DNA from: Azolla caroliniana
Lineage: Eukaryota > Plantae > Polypodiophyta
Length of the DNA stretch: 64,000 nt
Direction: 5' to 3'
Assembly: GCA_043228905.1 (NCBI GenBank)
Contig: JBHGNT010000003.1
Span: 8,494,001 to 8,558,000 of the forward strand
In this document: positions 62,650-64,000 of the stretch, piece after piece
Layout of the letters: each line of letters opens with the position of its first letter
Position numbering within the stretch: position 1 is the stretch's first letter
Notes under the pieces: model-generated
Database searches by the model: none
Told to the model about the DNA's origin: nothing
Seen by the model: the letters and a program-made list of their open reading frames with translations, nothing else
Position numbers and translations under genes: made by a program

Positions 62650-63083
62650 TGTAATAATCGGCAACGGTTCGGTTCGGCTTGAGAGTGTCAAAACCGAACC
62701 GGTTTGAAACCGATCCGTCTACCATTTCTTGAAACTACCGAACCACGAAACCGCTAAACCGAACCGTTAAAAAATTTCCAAACCGTTAAAACCGCGATTT
62801 CATGGTTCGGTTTTGGTTTTCAATTTTAAATTTTATTATTTTAAACTTTAAATTTTCAAAATTTTAAAGATTTTCCTAAAATGTGACAAAGGCTTCAAAA
62901 TGAAAAGATTGTTTAAAAGCAATTTTTTTTATTTTAAAATAATAATAATAATAATAAACCGTTTAAATCGAGGTTTCTAGCTATTAAAACCAAACCGAAC
63001 CGTTTAAAAAAACTTGAACCTGAACCGAACCATTTAAACCGTTAAGCCGCGGTTTCGCGGTGCTGTCCGAACCGATTGTTACT
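62650..63083. mobile_element. AACCG-rich MITE
   Basis: Inverted ends GTAATAATCGG / CCGATTGTTAC; many AACCGAACCG/CGGTT subrepeats around an AT-rich core. Confidence 0.7.
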
Positions 63084-63496
63084 CAAGTGATAAATTTTCC
63101 CTACTTTTTTTGTTTTTTTACAAATATGACCAAAGAGATAGATAGATAGATTTTTTTTATCATCCGCAGAGAGGCCAATCTAGACCCATGAAGAAATATC
63201 GTGTGGGAAATTAGTGTGTCGAGAGTGCGGGAAAAAAAACCTTATCTGGGGATTTATATGGGGATGTTTTTTTTCCTGTTGTAGCTGCTTGTAATATGTT
63301 GCTTTCTTGTTGTTGCGTATGTCGATCAACAATGCAATTCACACCGCTTTATCTCCCTCCACTTACATCGATCAATTTTGGAGGCAACCTCAATACCAAA
63401 TCAAGCATCTTAGCAAAAAAAAACCGAAAAATGAAGACTTTTGATTATCTCACACTTACAGACAACAATATATACATATGTATATGTATATATAAG

Positions 63497-63539
<43 letters not shown>

Positions 63540-63816
63540 TGATATTGGAGTATGCAGCACAATTGGAATATGCGTAATGCTTTCATGTTTGATGGTAAAC
63601 ATTGGGTGAAAAACAATATGAAGAAATTGAAAGGCATTATTATGTGGAATTTCGAGATGTTAGAGAATGTGGGGATCATTTCCTCAAGTGCATATTCAGG
63701 TTTTCTAATGACTTTATAGGATGTCTATCTCCCAACATAGGATAGGTAGTCAGCGTAGACTAAGAAGTTGTCAAAAATGGATTTTACATACAATTAATAT
63801 AATTGTGTGCTTTTAC

Positions 63817-63817
<1 letters not shown>

Positions 63818-63870
<53 letters not shown>
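63818..63870. repeat. (AG)n microsatellite
   Basis: Perfect dinucleotide run. Confidence 0.95.
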
Positions 63871-63873
<3 letters not shown>

Positions 63874-64000
63874 TTTGCATTAGCCTTTTTCACATGGGAC
63901 TCTATAGGTTCATAAGGATGTACCTAGAGATTAGGGATGTTATGGGAACCTTGATTGATTTTGTGGTGAACTGATAGGATATTATATTCCATCATATGTA

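Overview
AT-rich, transposon-dense plant nuclear DNA. It is most likely from a fern or other seed-free vascular plant, inferred from the LINE/copia/gypsy families and (CATA)n tracts but not proven. Two host genes are well supported. The first is a 2-exon WIP-family C2H2 zinc-finger gene (+, 36415-38859, ~546 aa). The second is a gene with 5 coding exons from the At1g36990/At4g08510 (vasculin/GPBP1-like) family (-, 52830-60694, ~745 aa). The rest is degenerate or nested Ty3/gypsy (three lineages), Ty1/copia (three fragments), L1-like LINEs, hAT-type MITEs, tandem arrays and microsatellites. The most unusual features are at the WIP locus: a tandem array of duplicated 3' splice sites whose upstream copies all lead to premature stops, and a ~190-aa low-complexity linker between zinc fingers 1 and 2. 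Other notable items are a near-perfect 176-nt hairpin with an inverted inner loop, an arthropod-like gypsy integrase, and a gypsy with a DHG protease followed by a putative -1 frameshift site. I found no convincing tRNA, rRNA or CRISPR. All calls were read by eye without database searches, and TE boundaries are approximate unless terminal motifs are quoted.
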